64,000 bases of DNA, taken from Fimbriosthenelais zetlandica. Lineage: Eukaryota. This document shows positions 12,401 through 27,400 of this stretch, piece after piece. Location of the stretch: contig OZ365117.1 of the NCBI GenBank assembly GCA_977030845.1, forward strand, positions 2,976,001 to 3,040,000, in the 5' to 3' direction. The position numbers and the translations under genes were made by a program. How positions within the stretch are numbered: position 1 is the first letter of the stretch; each line of letters begins with the position of its first letter. The notes below the pieces were generated by a model. The model saw only the letters and a program-made list of their open reading frames with translations, ran no database searches and was not told where the DNA came from.

Positions 12401-15400
12401 GAAATGCCCCTATAAAGACATCAAAAAAATAAAAACCAATGAGTTTCCGGGCCTCTAACTATGGGGAAGCTGCCACTGGGCCCAGATGGGTTCCTAAGGC
12501 GGCCCCCAGACCCCTAACCATTTTTCTATTTCCCCCCATTAGCCATTTTCTTCCCTGCAATTTGAAACTTACTGAGGACTTTGGGAGCAGACACGATGTC
12601 AGAGATGAGAGGCATACTCTCCCCCTCCTTGTTCCTGGCGATCACTCTCACCATGTAGTCCACACCATCCAGCAGGTTCTCTAGTCTGTAACGAGTGGTG
12701 GCCGGGCTGACATTAGCCACTCTCCGCCAGCGTGGCTGGGTAACATCCCGCATCTCTATGATATAGTTAATGATAGATGTACCACCGTTATCTTCAGGCG
12801 GGGACCACTTGATCTCAATGCTGGTTGATGTACGGTCCATGATCTGTACGGGACCACGTGGGATTGCTGGTGGCTCTGAAATAATAAATTGAAATTAAGA
12901 TTAAGAGTGGAACCTGTATTAGTTTGAAAATTTGACAGGTTTCAATATTTTGTTAACTGTGATCAAGTTGATTCCACATTAATGGACCTCTATACCATAT
13001 ATTTCCTTTTGAAAATTCATATTTGGGCCTGTACATCGGGAAATTTAACTCCTGATGGAACCATTTTGACTATTTCATGCTTGGATATATTCACTATGGA
13101 GGCCACCTTATATAATGGCCATAACAACCTTGGAACCTTGGTGGCCATAATAAAGAGTTTCAACTGGATCGAAGTTTCGAAATTGGATATTTTGATAATT
13201 TTCTGGGAAACCAACTTGAAACTAGAAGTACTTAAACTGAGACATAGACAATACTTACTGTACGGACTTTGAACCTTGACAGGTTCCTCTTGTTGTATAG
13301 CATCTCCCAGACCCACAATATTGATAGGTTTGATCCTGAAGAAGTAGTCATGTCCAGACACCAAGCCTGGTACAGTGTACTGCTGTGTTTCTGCGTCCAC
13401 TTTGTGCACGTAAGTCCAACGTTTCTTACGTGAGTCACGTTTCTCAATGACGTAGCCTGTCAGGGGGGCGCCACCGTCAAAGTCTGGGCGTTCCCATTCC
13501 AGCGTCACTGAGTCACGTTGGATACCTCTGGTCGCCATCTTGGATGGGGGAGCTGGCGTCACTGTGGACACAAATTGAAAATTGTTTTAGCTCATCTAGA
13601 AATTATCCCAAATATATATACATATAATTATGCAAGTATATTGACCCCAAATTTGTAACAAGAGACTGGGGCCATTTCAATCAAATACTGTGGACTATGA
13701 TCTATCTATTATGACTATTTGAAGAGTTATTGCAAAAAATCTGTGAATCCATGCACAATTTGGTGCCATGGCCCAACCCATCTTTTCTGTTGTTTTAAAT
13801 GTAGGTGGAATTCGCAAAATCGGCCCCAAAATTGACATCATTTCCCCCATAACTTTTTAACCACTCAACCGATTTGAACCATTTACAAAGCATTGCATTT
13901 CTCATGTTGCAGGCTATCATTTGAACTTATTTCTGCTAACTAAATTTTCCGTTCGCGTAGCTACTGAATTTCAGTTAAGACTTACTCATTGGTCTGGTTG
14001 GTACCACACAGTCTGACTGGAGAGGTGAGCTCAGACCTGACTGATTCTCAGCAGATACTCTGAAGAAGTAAGTCTGTCCCTCAACCAAACCAGAGATGGT
14101 GAACTGTGTGTCTCGGCTGTTGTTGTAGCCAACTCTCTTCCACGTTCCTCCACCTTCGCTCATCTCTATGACGTAGCCAATGACGTTTGCACCACCGTCG
14201 TCAATCGGACGTCGCCATTCAATCATGAGTGACTTGTCACTCACTTTGGTGACGATCATTGGTCCGACAGGACGAGATGGTTGTTCTGAAAATAAAAGAA
14301 TGAACATTTTGAAAACCAAACCTTTACTTGTGCAACATTTATCATGAATTAGTCCATAATTTTGCACAAATTGACCCAGAATCTTAGCTATTGAAGTTTA
14401 TGTAACTGCATCCAAGCTTTGCATACTGCAACAAACCAAATTCGGGTCCAGGGCAACATTTGCCCTTGTTTTCTGAAGCAAGTGAATGCCAGCTCAGTGA
14501 AATTACCATATCAGCACTGAGCAGAATCTCTATGTTCCACCAAACCTACTATCACTGGTCTCATAGGAAGTTTTTAACAGAACACTTAAGAAGACAAATT
14601 TGTCATTTTTACTTACCAGCGCGTCTCTCGGTGACAATTGGCAGTTCATACTCGAGTGGAGTATGAATCCAGCCTTCTGTTGTTTCTGTTCTGATTCTGA
14701 ACCTGTACTCTCTACCCTGGTCCAGGTCAGGTACTGTGTAGCGCTTGGTCGTTACCGGGAGGGCCGCAATACGTGACCAGGTTGGTAGAGGTTCCTCACG
14801 CCTCTCAATGATGTAGCTGCGGATGTTCTTTAGAGGTTCATACGATGGTTCCCAGGCTAATGTGACACGGTCAGGATAAACATCAGTGGGTTTGAGATGA
14901 GAGATGGGAGCGATCTCTGGTAGTACCCGAGGTTCTGTAAGTAAGGTAGAACAAGGAAAATGTCAGAATATGTGGAGGACATCAAGCTTAAATCATCATA
15001 ACGAATCAAGGTTCTAGCGTCAAGGCCCATTGGAGCAATGAATACCACCATCTTCCGAAGGACACTGTGTCTAAAGCCGGGACTCCACTGCTGCGATTTT
15101 GCTTGCGACACGTCTGCGACAAAGGTGATGCTTGTGAAGTTGTGTAAGAATAAAATTTCATAAATTGAGATTCAAGTTTCTAAGGCCTTAAGGCCGTCCT
15201 CCAATGGTAAAGTTATCATTGAAACACAAGCATCACTTTTGTCGCAGACGTGTCGCAAGCAAAATCGCAGCAGTGGAGTCCCGGCTTAACTCAGTCAGAA
15301 ATTTTTACTTCCAAAAGGCATCCTGTGAGGTGCATCTTAATGTTGTATACATAAGGCAACACAATTGGGAAGCAAGAAATGTTTTAGGAACATTAGACTC

Positions 15401-18400
15401 ACCATATTCCTCTAGGAGACGGACAGGGACATCGATCTTGCCGTAGTCTCCTGTACCGATCTCATTCTCAGCTCCAACACGGAAGTAATAATCCACGTTC
15501 TTTTGGATGTTGGAGACCACATAGGACGTCTTGTTGGCGTCGACAACACCGATGTGCGTCCATGTACCGCGGTCATCAGCCTGTTCAATGTGGTAGCAGT
15601 TAATCTTACTGCCGCCATCATTGCGTGGTTTGGTCCAGTTCAGTGTGATGGCACTCTTACCCATCTCAGTGGAGAAGATACCAGTGGGTGCTCCAGGAAC
15701 ATCTATATATAAAAGATCATTGTTAAGCATTTTCATTCATTTTCATGTATTTTCATGGCCGATTCAATCAATCTTTCAAGCCAGTGTATACAATTCACTT
15801 TTGGATAGATCGGTCGTGGAATAGTTACCGATTCTATCAGGTAACATATTCTTTACAGCAACACATTTCTTCTGATAGGTCACGTGCTTTGCCTGCACTA
15901 TCAGAAGGAAAGATTTAAGCAACTAATGCACCATAAATACAGCATCAAAATTACTTATTTCTTTATAAAAAACTCAGCAATTTAGAAATGGTGATGCTGA
16001 TTTATGGTAGTATTAAAGACAGAACTATGGAAGCAGTGACTGCTACAATAGTCTGTCAATAACAGTGAACGTGTGTCTGGATGATTTGACTCACTCTTCT
16101 CCATATACACTTTCTCTACAGCTGTTGAATCTAAAATGGACAGACGAGGAAGCACCCTATGATATTATTTCCTTTTATAAATAAAGAATAGACAAGAGCA
16201 TACAGGTCTTAAGTTTAGATGGCTATGGTTAGTATGATGGTAAGATAGACAGAGACAGAGAAGGGGACAGATTACTGAACAGAAGGACTGGATATCAGAT
16301 GGACAGAGGAAGACATAGAATTAACCAAGAAGTCATATTGAATCAGAGGGTCACCTAAGATCTTTAGCCTGAGATTGACCCCATGGTACCAACCGCCTTT
16401 CATGGTACCACCCACATTCATGGTACCAACAGCGCCTTTCATAGTACCACCCACATTCATGGTACCAACAGCGCCTTTCATAGTACCACCCACATTCAGG
16501 GCTTAATATGGACAGATCAGGGATAGGAAAAGGGGACAGAGAGAGATAGACACCTACCCATGACATGGACCTCAAACTTGGCCTCAGTGATGCCCCACTC
16601 ATTCTTGGCCACGACTCGGTAGTCGCCAGCATCATCGCGACCGACGCGACGCACAGCGAGCGATGTTGAGAAGTCTGTGGTATCGATATTAGCATGGCCA
16701 CGTGGTAGGACCTTCACTCCATCCTTGTACCACGTGATCTGTGGTGTAGGCTCACCCTCAACACTGACATTCAGCTTGAGGTTAGAACCGATGGGTAGGA
16801 GCATGTCACTGTAACGACTGTCATACTCCATGCGTGGTCCAGCTGTACCAAAAACAATTTGCTTTTTACAAATAAAATCTATTAAAAGACAATTGTTTGT
16901 TGATGATATCTTCTAACAAAATGCTCATGATAGGATAGGTGGGCAGATGCAAAAGCAGATAATCATTTAATTATCCCAAGATGTTTGATAATGTTTAACT
17001 TTTAAATGATTTTCATCATGACGATTTAATCTAAGTTAATAATTTAACATAGATTAAGTGATGTAGGTTTAAGCGTGTTCTACACTACACCGATCTCGGG
17101 TGCGATTTCATGATCTAAAAGGTCTCATCAGATCAAATTGAAGTCAGATTAAAACTCGGCATCATGTGTATGAAGATAAGATCATGATCAGGATGATTCT
17201 CTTATAGAGCTGTGCATGTCAGATCTGATGTGATTTGAGGGCAGATCTTGTATGTCAGATTTCAATCTGATCAGATCATAAATCGGTATAGTGTAGAACG
17301 CGCTTTAATTAATAAGTTAATATAGATTAAAGCCGGGACTCCACTGCTGCGATTTTGCTTGCGACACTTCTGCGACAAAGCTGATGCTTGTGAAGTTGTG
17401 TAAGAATAAAATTTATAAATTGTGGTTCAAGTGTCCAAGGCCTTAAGGCCGTCCTCCAATGGTAAATTTATCATTGAAACACAAGCATCACCTTTGTCGC
17501 AGACGTGTCGCAAGCAAAATCGCAGCAGTGGAGTCCCGGCTTAAGAGAGGGTACACAGATGTAGGTTTAGGTTACCTTTTACACGCAGGTTTGAGGTGGT
17601 GCTGGCCTGACCAAACTGGTTGCTGCCCTCACACGTATAACGTCCAGTGTCCTTGTCAAGGACATCATGGATGACGAGGGACGCGCGGGCGTCGCGGTAC
17701 TTCATGTCGTACTTCCTCCCAGGTGTCAAGGTATGGTAATCTTTACTCCTGTACAAAAGACAATCATACATGGATCAGGTGTCTTGTTACATTTCATATT
17801 GTAGCCCTACAGGTTTTAGAAATTGCACTATTTTCACAATACACAGGGCAACTGTGGAGTATTTTCAGGCAGTCTATTCATTTTTTTATTGAAAATTTTA
17901 CTAGTGAATTGTACTAAAGGATATAAGTGTTACAAACCATGCAATTTCGGGGTCAGGAACGCCGACTATTTGGCATTCTAGCACTGCGTCTTCTCCCATA
18001 CGGCAGTAAGTGTCATGTAGCCCTGCAGTTACTCGAGGAGACGACCCACCTACAATGACAAAGGTTAGGTATGTTACAGAAAGATTTGCGTTTTCCAGAT
18101 ACATTGCTTTCCCAACATTAGACTACCTCCTTTTGACGGCCCTAAAATGAACATGTTTGTTGCGTGCTATTTCCCTTCCTATGTGTTGAAAAAACCCCAA
18201 CTTCCCAATTAAATAGAGACAGGGGTTGTTTTTTATCCAAAAGTAAAAGTTTACAGCCACAAGGTTGGAACCTGAGTATTAGGTACTTACTTGGGGTAGC
18301 CTCACGGACCAGGACGCTCCTTGATGGTGGTGACGTATCACTGCGTCCCAGCTTGTTCTCAGCTGTGACACGGAACTCATACTGCGTCCCTGGTTGCAGG

Positions 18401-21400
18401 TCAGTAACGGTAAACGTAGGGTCTGGTACCTTCATTGCGATGTTAGCAACAACCCAGCTATAGGTCTGACTGCTTCTCATCTCCACGATGTAGTTGGTGA
18501 TGGGAGACCCGCCGTCTTCACGGGGAGGTGCCCAGGTCAAGGTGGCGCTGCCCTTTGATCCTAGGTTCACTTCGGGTCTTCCTGGAGCTGTAGGCTTCTC
18601 TGTTGATAAGAAATTGAGGGTTTATTTAATAATTGACAAGATTGGTAGTGCGAAATGCGGCTTGGTTGCATCTTTGCCTCAGTTATTAGAGTATGTAATC
18701 AACATGGCATAACTGAAGATCATCATCCAGCAATTTTCATCATCATAGCTCAATTTTACTGAATAAAGATACAATTAACATTGACAACATGAGTAGAGAC
18801 AGGTTCACACTTAAAAGATACAATCAAGACCTGCTTAAATGAGGTCACAACAAAAATTGTAAAAATAGACATACCGTATGGATCTTTGGCCACAACAGGT
18901 CCCACGGCTTTAGATGCCAGTCCCTGGCCAGCTTCATTCTCAGCCACTACTCTGTACTCATAGTCAGAGCCATCATAGACATTGGTGTCTTTATAGAAGA
19001 TGTCATACACCAGTCCTTTAGATGTCTTGATAAACCTGCTGCTGTATCCCTGCCTCCTCTCTACTATATAACCCTTAACTGGAGACCCTCCATCACTGTG
19101 TGGTGGGGACCATTCAATGACGATAGCGTTTCTTGACACATCTGTGATCTCCACGTTCCTCGGTTTGTCTGGGACTGTGAATGGTGATCTAACTTCTACA
19201 GCTGATGGCGTTTCACAAGGCCTGCCGGTACCTACAGAGTTCTCTGCAGCCACACGGAAGAAGTACTCATTGCCATCGAGGAGTTTACGGACACGGAAGC
19301 TGGTGCTGGTTCTGTCGACAGTGCCAGCGTTGAACCAACCTCCACGTTTAGCGTCACGACGTTCAATGACGTATCCAGTGATAGGATCACCGCCGTCATA
19401 TTCTGGTTCTTCCCAGGCCAGGGTGACAGACTCTGTGAGAATGCTCGTCACTCGGAGACTGGGTGGAGCAGATGGTGCAGCTGTAATAAAAACAATTTGT
19501 TGAATGATTGTTGGGTCGTTTCTGTGATCACCTCTAAAACTGGAGGCCTATAATGGCTGAGGTAGCCAACCAAGAGAGTAGACCATATGAGCCAATGTAG
19601 GCCAAAGTTAGGTATGTTTCTATTCCTTTTAAATTGGATGGTATTTCATCTATTTGAGGGAACAATATTAATAGTTGATTGTGATATTTTAAACATTAAC
19701 ACTTACTTTTGATTCCAACTTCAAATTCGTACTCTGCAGTGCCTGCGTTGTTCTCCAGACATAGCCTGTACTTGCCAGCTTCCTCCGGCTCTATACCAGT
19801 GATGGTTAGAGTAGAGTACTGGTCGCCAGTGTCTATATGGATGTGACCTTTCTGTGGGAATAGCTTACTTCCACCCCGGTACCAGGTGGCTTTAGGGGCA
19901 GTGCCAGAGAAGTTAACAGGTATGATGAGGGATGAGCCAGCCTTGACTGTTTGTTTGTCATGGTAGCGACGATCGACCTCGATGGTTGGTGCGACTAGAA
20001 AAAGGTATCAATCAAAGTTTTTGTTTCACACTTATCAAACATACAGTATCAGTATTGGTGAATACAAATGTTCTAAAAACCATAAAAAACTGGAGGGTTA
20101 AGAGACCTATGAACTTATGTGAGTCACAAGTCATATAAAGTCCACACTCACCAATACTACTACTGCCCCCATTCTAGGGAGGCCCTGTGTAATATTGAAG
20201 GGAATTTGGATATTTAGATCCTAAGAACTTATTTGGGACGATTGAATCAAGAGTGAACTACAATAATCATTGACTTACCATCCACAGTGAGTCTACATGA
20301 GGTGTCAATACGACCCATTCTGTTGCTAGCTTCACATCTGTATTTGCCGGTGTCACTGGCCTCTACATTGTGAATGTGGAGTGAGGCCAGGCCGTCAGCG
20401 TACGACATACGGTGTTTGTGTGATTTATAGATCTCCTTAGCATCCTTAAACCTGTAACCCAGCAAATACAAGATCAATTATTATAAGTTAAGTGTATTTG
20501 ACAACACAGTAGCAGTCTAATGGTGAAGCACTAGAATGTGTTAGCAGAAATCTAAAGATACAACACTAGGACACCATATGGCAACTCTGCATCAATTAAG
20601 GAATAATTATGGTTTTAGAAGAGCAGTATAACATTGGTTTTCCACAAGGTTTCCTGTTTAGAAAGGGACTTACCATCTGAAGTTGGCCTTGGGCTCACCA
20701 GGTGAGATTTCACACTCTAATGTGACGGGTCTGCCAGCGGTTGTACTCAGGTTCTGAAGCTTGGCAAGAACCACAGGTTCACGACCGACTGTAAAATGAA
20801 GAAACTCCAGTAAAATATTCCATAACTAGCAGAAAAAGTGACCCTTAAGCTACCAATATCTGAAGAACTGCACACAAATTTATAGGATACATGGTCTTAA
20901 GTGAAATAATGAGCCTGAGAACGTACCGACTGGATCTTTAGCTGTGACTGGTTGGGTACATTCTGAGTAAGGACTCAGTCCTGCCTTGTTTTCTGCAGCC
21001 ACTCTGAACTCATAGTCTGTATCGGCCAGTAGTCCACTCACTCTGTAGAAAGTCTCAGATGTTCTTTCCCCATCATTAGCCTTGATCCACTTGAATGATC
21101 CCACTGGGCGGTATTCTACCAGGTAATGCCTGATGTGGTTACCACCGTCTGAGAGTGGAGGCTTCCAGGAGAATTTACATGATCTCTTGGTCATGTCGGT
21201 GATGTAAGGGGCGATAGGCTCGCTTGGTTTCTGCCAGGGGTCTTTAGCAATGACTGGCTGAGATGGTCGGCTTGGTGCACCAGGGCCTACTGTGTTCTCA
21301 GCATAGACTCTGAACTCGTAAGATGAGCCCTCAGTGAGGCCTACAACATGGTAAGATGTGTCAGAGGAGCGATGGGTGGTGATTCTACTCCACATATCAG

Positions 21401-24400
21401 ATGTTCCTGCCTTCCTCTCGACCTGGTAGCCTAATATTGGTGATCCACCGTCACTGATGGGAGCAGTCCAGGCTAGATGGCATGAGTCCTTAAACACATC
21501 CATAGCTGTGACTGGCCCAGGAGCGGCGGGCACGGTGTTAGTGGCTTTAGCAGAGAAGGATTTGGATAGGTCCTCATAAGCTCCAACTCCCACCTTGTTC
21601 TTGGCCGCCACTCGGAAGATGTACTGGACGCCTTCCTGGAGTCGGGAGACTTTGTATCTGGTGTCAGACGTGGTACCCACGGGTTTCCAGGCCATGCGCA
21701 GAGCTTCACGCTTCTCTATGACGTAATCTGTGATGTCAGAGCCACCGTTGTCACGTGGTCTCGACCAGGAGAGTGTCACACTGTTGTCAGTGGAACTCTC
21801 AACTCTCAAGTCTTCTGGTGCACTGGGCTTGTCTGAAATTATAGAATTTTTTAGACATTTTTATTCAATTTCAACTTAATCTATTCTGTAACCATTCCCT
21901 GCATGGCACCTGGGTTCTTAATTCTGCCTTGTTCACCCTAGACTTAAATGACCATTTCACACTACCCCATTCTTGAACGGCCCTAAGTGGAATGATGACC
22001 AAGGAAACTACATAGAAATTATGACCTGTGAGCCTAATTTCTTCATTAGAAAGCTATAAAAGCATAATAGAAATGCATTTGATACTTGCGCTATATAAAT
22101 GAACTTTTACATTACATGAAGATGTCATGTGATTGTACTCACCTAGTACAGTGATTTTAACGTTGAGGGTTGATGAACCATGTGGGTTACTCAGTGTGAG
22201 TGTATATGTTCCAGCATCCCCCCTCTCAGCACGACCCAGCACCATTGATGTCATATTATAGATGGTATCTGTCTTGATCTTCCTCGTCTCCATCAGTGGA
22301 ACGCCGTCCTTCTTCCAGGTGACCTTGGGTTGAGGACTGGCCGTGAACTGGATCTCAATAGCAGTGCTGTCTCCAGTCTTCAGCATCAATCCCTTCTCAT
22401 ACTCTGACCCTGATGTAATCTTGGGTGGAGCTTCAACACTGACATGTCCCACTGACCTATGACCCTTGATGACGATGGCGTAATCACCGATGTCTTTACT
22501 CTCCACATTGTGGATCACCAGTCGGTGTGTGGTACCAACTACACTGATGTCGTATTTCCTATCAGAGTAGATCTCCTGGCCGTCTTTGAGCCACTGGGCC
22601 TTGGCGCGGTCCTTGGTGACTTCACATTCTAATGTGACGTCAGATCCCACACGGCTGACCTTGATGTCCTTCAGAGGTGAAATGAAGTCAATTGGTTCCA
22701 CTGTGAAAAGAGAAATAATGTGGGATAATTAAAATGACAGGCACGAACAGGTTGTAAAGTGACAAGAAACACTAAAATGTGCTGTGTAAAGCCTGGAATA
22801 CACTAATCCGATTCTCCATGCGATATCTGTGGGAAACCCCATTTCTAATGGCATTAATACAGCAGCAGTCCTATAGAGATATACCAGTATTATTACATTT
22901 TGAGCCAATGAAACTCACCATATTTAGCAGATCTTGAGGCAGGAGAAGGAGCACTAGAGCCACCTTTGTTTTCAGCAGATACTCTGAACTCGTAATCAGT
23001 CTCTTCCATCAGGTTTTTGATGTTGTAAGTCGTGCCTGTGACTTTCTCCACTGGGTTCACTGTGTCCCAGCGGTAGCCTCCCACTGTCCGCATCTCGATG
23101 CGGTAGTTGTTAATGGGACTACCACCATCTGACTTAGGAGCGGCCCAGCGGATTCTAGCGGAGTCTTTATCGATGGAGAGTATCTCTGGTTGACTGGGTA
23201 CTCCTGGTTTCTCTGTAACATGATATAACATGGGTTTCAACAAGATGGTTACACTATTACATGTCACACCCCCAATCCAAATCCGGTCCAAATCAAAATT
23301 GATCTTGCCCAGATCAAAATTTGGATCCAGGCCGACTAATGGGTAGGTAACTCCTGTGTAGGGAGGCATTGGACAATATGGGTAGGAAACTTTGCAAGAA
23401 TTGCAAGTCATGAATATCTAGTGGATATCTCAAATGATTTGGTACATAAGTTGGATGCCTCCAAGAGATAATTGCCTGGTGATTCTTGCAGTGATTCTTG
23501 CAAATGGAGCTTGTCTACAAGACCATCAACTGCAACTACATCAATTGCCCCTAGAAAATATTATTGATCTAAGGCAATTGATATTTTACTTTTTCACTTG
23601 GTCTTTTAGGGGATATCTCCCTCCACTTTCTATTATAATTGATCTAAGGCAATTGATAATTTAATTCTTCACTTGGTCGTTTAGGGAATATCTCCCTCCA
23701 CTTTCTATTATAATTGATCTAAGGTACTGGATATATTACTTTCTCACTTGGTCGTTTAGGGGATATCTCCCTCCACTTTCTATTATAATTGATCTAAGGC
23801 AATTGATATTTTACTTTTTCACTTGGTCGTTTAGGGGATATCTCCCTCCACTAACTATGATAATTGATCTAAAAAACGGAGAAACATAAGCACTCCGGGA
23901 ATAACATTTCCTTATATTCTATGGAAAAATGTGTCTTTTGAAAACATACTTATTGTAGAAAATTTCCAGAATAATTCAAATTAAAAAAAAGAAAAAGAAA
24001 TGAGCACATACCAAATGGATCTTTGACGATGACTGGTGATGTTGGGTCGCTGGGTCTGCTCACACCTGCAGCGTTCTCAGCCATCACCCGGTACTCGTAC
24101 TCATCTCCCACCTGAGCGCTGGTATCTACATGCTTCATCTCCTTGATGATGTGCCTGCTGACACGGCTCCACCTGGCACTGTATGGTGAACGACGCTCTA
24201 ACCAGTATCCCTTCACTGGTGAACCGCCATCATCACGGGGAGCGTCCCATGACAGAGACACCGAGTTCTTAGTCACGTCTGTCACTTGGATGTTACGTGG
24301 TGGGTCTGGTTCGTCTGCATCATATGACAATAGGAATTAGTATGCTAGCTTAAGGACTGGTTCCAAAGTCTCACATTAAATTATTCACCTATGCAACAAG

Positions 24401-27400
24401 TTGTAATTTGTTGAGACATAGATGGTAATTATGATGATGGGAAAGTGTTCATGAAGGGAATAGTACTCACTGTATGGCAGTTTAGGAATGACTGGTTTGC
24501 TCAGTTCGGCAAAGTCACTGCAGCCTACAACATTCTCAGCGGCAACCCTGAAGAAGTACTCTGTGCCCTCGAAGAGTCGGGAGGCATTGTACTCGTTGGT
24601 GTTAGCAGGGCTGGTGCCGGTACCCATCCAGTTAGTACGGGAGGCATCACGCTTCTCAATGATGTAACCAGTAATAGGTGATCCACCGTTAGATGTAGGA
24701 GGCTCCCAGGACAGGGTGACGTTATCATGCTCCACACTGGATACTCCCAGGTTACGTGGGACTGAAGGCTTGTCTGGAAAGCAGAAAGATGGGAGCTTGG
24801 GAGTCAAGAAAGTACTTAATGTAGTTTCAATGTGCAGCTGCAGTCTAGAGATGCAAACTTAGATAGTGGTGCAAAAATACAGCAGCAGTCTAAAGCCGGG
24901 CCTCCACTGCTGCGATTTTGCTTGCGACACTGCTGCGACAAAGCTGATGCTTGTGAAGTTGTGTAAGAATAAAATTTATAAATTGTGGTTCAAGTGTCCA
25001 AGGCCTTAAGGCCGTCCTCCAATGGTAAATTTATCATTGAAACACAAGCATTACCTTTGTCGCAGACGTGTCGCAAACAAAATCGCAGCAGTGGAGTCCC
25101 AGCTTAATATTGCAACATCAGAATGTGATGTGCCAACACAACAACATTCTAGGAATGCCTCTGTATCTCTGTAAATTTGTGGCCCCTCCCTTATAATGAA
25201 ATTTTGATAAGATACAAAACAATAGCTCACCTCTGATGTTAAACTCGAAGGAGGCGCTAGCACCTCCAGCCTTGTTCTTCACCTCTATTCTGTAAGCACC
25301 AGCATCCTCTGGTGCAGCTGACCGCACCATGAGATTAGAGCTGTACTCTGAACTGTCCACACTGATCCTCTGACTCGGTACAACCACTGCACCATTGAGG
25401 TACCATTCAGCTTTAGGTGTGGGGTGTCCTGTGTAGTCCACATGAATGGACAGGTTGGACCCTGCCTTGATGGATTGTGGTGATTTCAGGTATGAATCAT
25501 AGTCCAGTTCTGGTTTCCCTGTGGAGACAAATGGCAACATTTTATCAGGGTTCCGAGCAGTTCATGAAAACAGAATTCCCTGAGTTTTCCCTGAGTAAAC
25601 CCGTAAATTACAGGAGATAGTTTAGTCATATGAAGCATTCTGAACATCAGTGACGGGCACGAGATTGTACACGTCAATCTCTGAAATATTATCCTTCTCA
25701 GTCAGTGTTGAAATTCCCTAAATTCTACTTACTGAGTACGGTCACTGCGGCACGTGACTCGACCTGGCCCAGACGGTTGATGATGACACAGCGGTAGTTG
25801 GCCGTGTCTGATGGTTCAGTGTCCTTGATCACCAGAGACGCCTTGTTGTTCCAGTACAGCATCTCATATTTACGACCTCGGAACAACTCCTTAGAATCCT
25901 TGAACCTGTAGATAAACATTCTTTAGTTCCAAATCTCAAGGTGAGAAAGCTACTACTGTAATGTTCGACCCAGGGTGTGGTGAAAAGTGATTTGTCAGAA
26001 CAGTAATCCAGTTCTCACAAGTTGACCAATGCACTACTACATTTGAGCCAGAAGCCAATCTAATTTAGTGAAGCCCACATCCCCAATTGAGGGCTCGGGA
26101 ACTACCTCCTAGTCCTGGCATTCCTGGCCTTGATCCTTAATGTTGAGTAATAGTTTTTAGTACTTACCATGCCACTTCAAACTCGTCCATACCGGCCTTG
26201 ATTTCACATTCCAGGGTGGCTACCTCAGGAGCGACGACTGTCACGTCAGTCAGACCGGCGACCATCTTAGGTGCATTACCAACTGAAACAAACAACAACC
26301 AATCTTTATTGGTGTTCTTATCATTATCTACTAAATATTTCCAACACTCCCTCAGCTACATTCCCAACCGTATTTGGGATGATTCCACATTCATTGCTTG
26401 CAGCCCAGGGGCCTCCCAAATGTCGCATGTAGAATTGCCCTAAAAATCGGGGTCCTTGTAAGGCAAGGCAAAAGTATATTAAAAAAAATCTTATGCTGTA
26501 CTCACCGATGGGCTCTCTGACATCGACTGGGGAGTCACTCTGAGTGTAAGCCCCGACTCCTGCCTTGTTGGTGGCGGCTACTCTGAACTCATACTTGGTC
26601 TTGTCTTGGAGTCCAGTGACAGTGTACTTGGTGTTAGTCACTACATCTCCTTCATTAGCTACCAGCCATTTAAAGCCACCTTCAATACGGTACTCGATGA
26701 CATAGCCAGTGATGGGTGTTCCTCCATCCTCACGTGGGGCGGTCCATTTCAGACTCACTTCACGTTTACGGACTTCAGAGACATGGACTGGACCTGGTGG
26801 TCCTGGTTTGTCTGCAAAAAAACAAACAAATATTTGATGAAAAGTAGAAAGCGAATGGTTCAAATCTACTTCTTTTACCTTAAATAGGCAGATCAAGTGG
26901 AGATAGTACTACTATTTTTGCCACTCAAAAAGTAATGTTTGTGGGCCACAAGTTGGGACCCTTCCCTCTTCAAAATGTTGACATCCCTTTCTTTCCAAAA
27001 CTCTAGTTGCAGAGTGCTTGACCACCCTCCCTTCCCTTTTAGTCATTTGTGGGACCACAGGGTTGGGCCCTTTCCAAAATTTTGGATCCACCCCTGAACT
27101 ATGTGCTCCTTGATAGATTGATGTAACACTTGAAGACTAAAAAGGAAAATGTAAGTAAGAGATGTGACCTACCCCATGGGTCTTTGGCCACCATCCGTGT
27201 AGGCTCACTAGGTGTACCAGTGCCAACCTTGTTCTCAGCAGACACTCTGAACTCATACTCAGTGTCTTCAAACAGATCAGCAGCCTTAAGACGCAGGTCT
27301 CGTTTAGCCTCCTTGTTGATGAACACCCATCGTTTAGAGGCCGAGCTACGGCGCTCAATATGGTAACCTGTGATGGGGGAGCCACCGTCGTTACTCGGGG

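Noticed and set aside
5052-15702. Dscam-type mutually exclusive exon cluster
   Set aside because: The exons are highly divergent, join in frame consecutively, and I saw no shared docking/selector motif. Serial inclusion is simpler.
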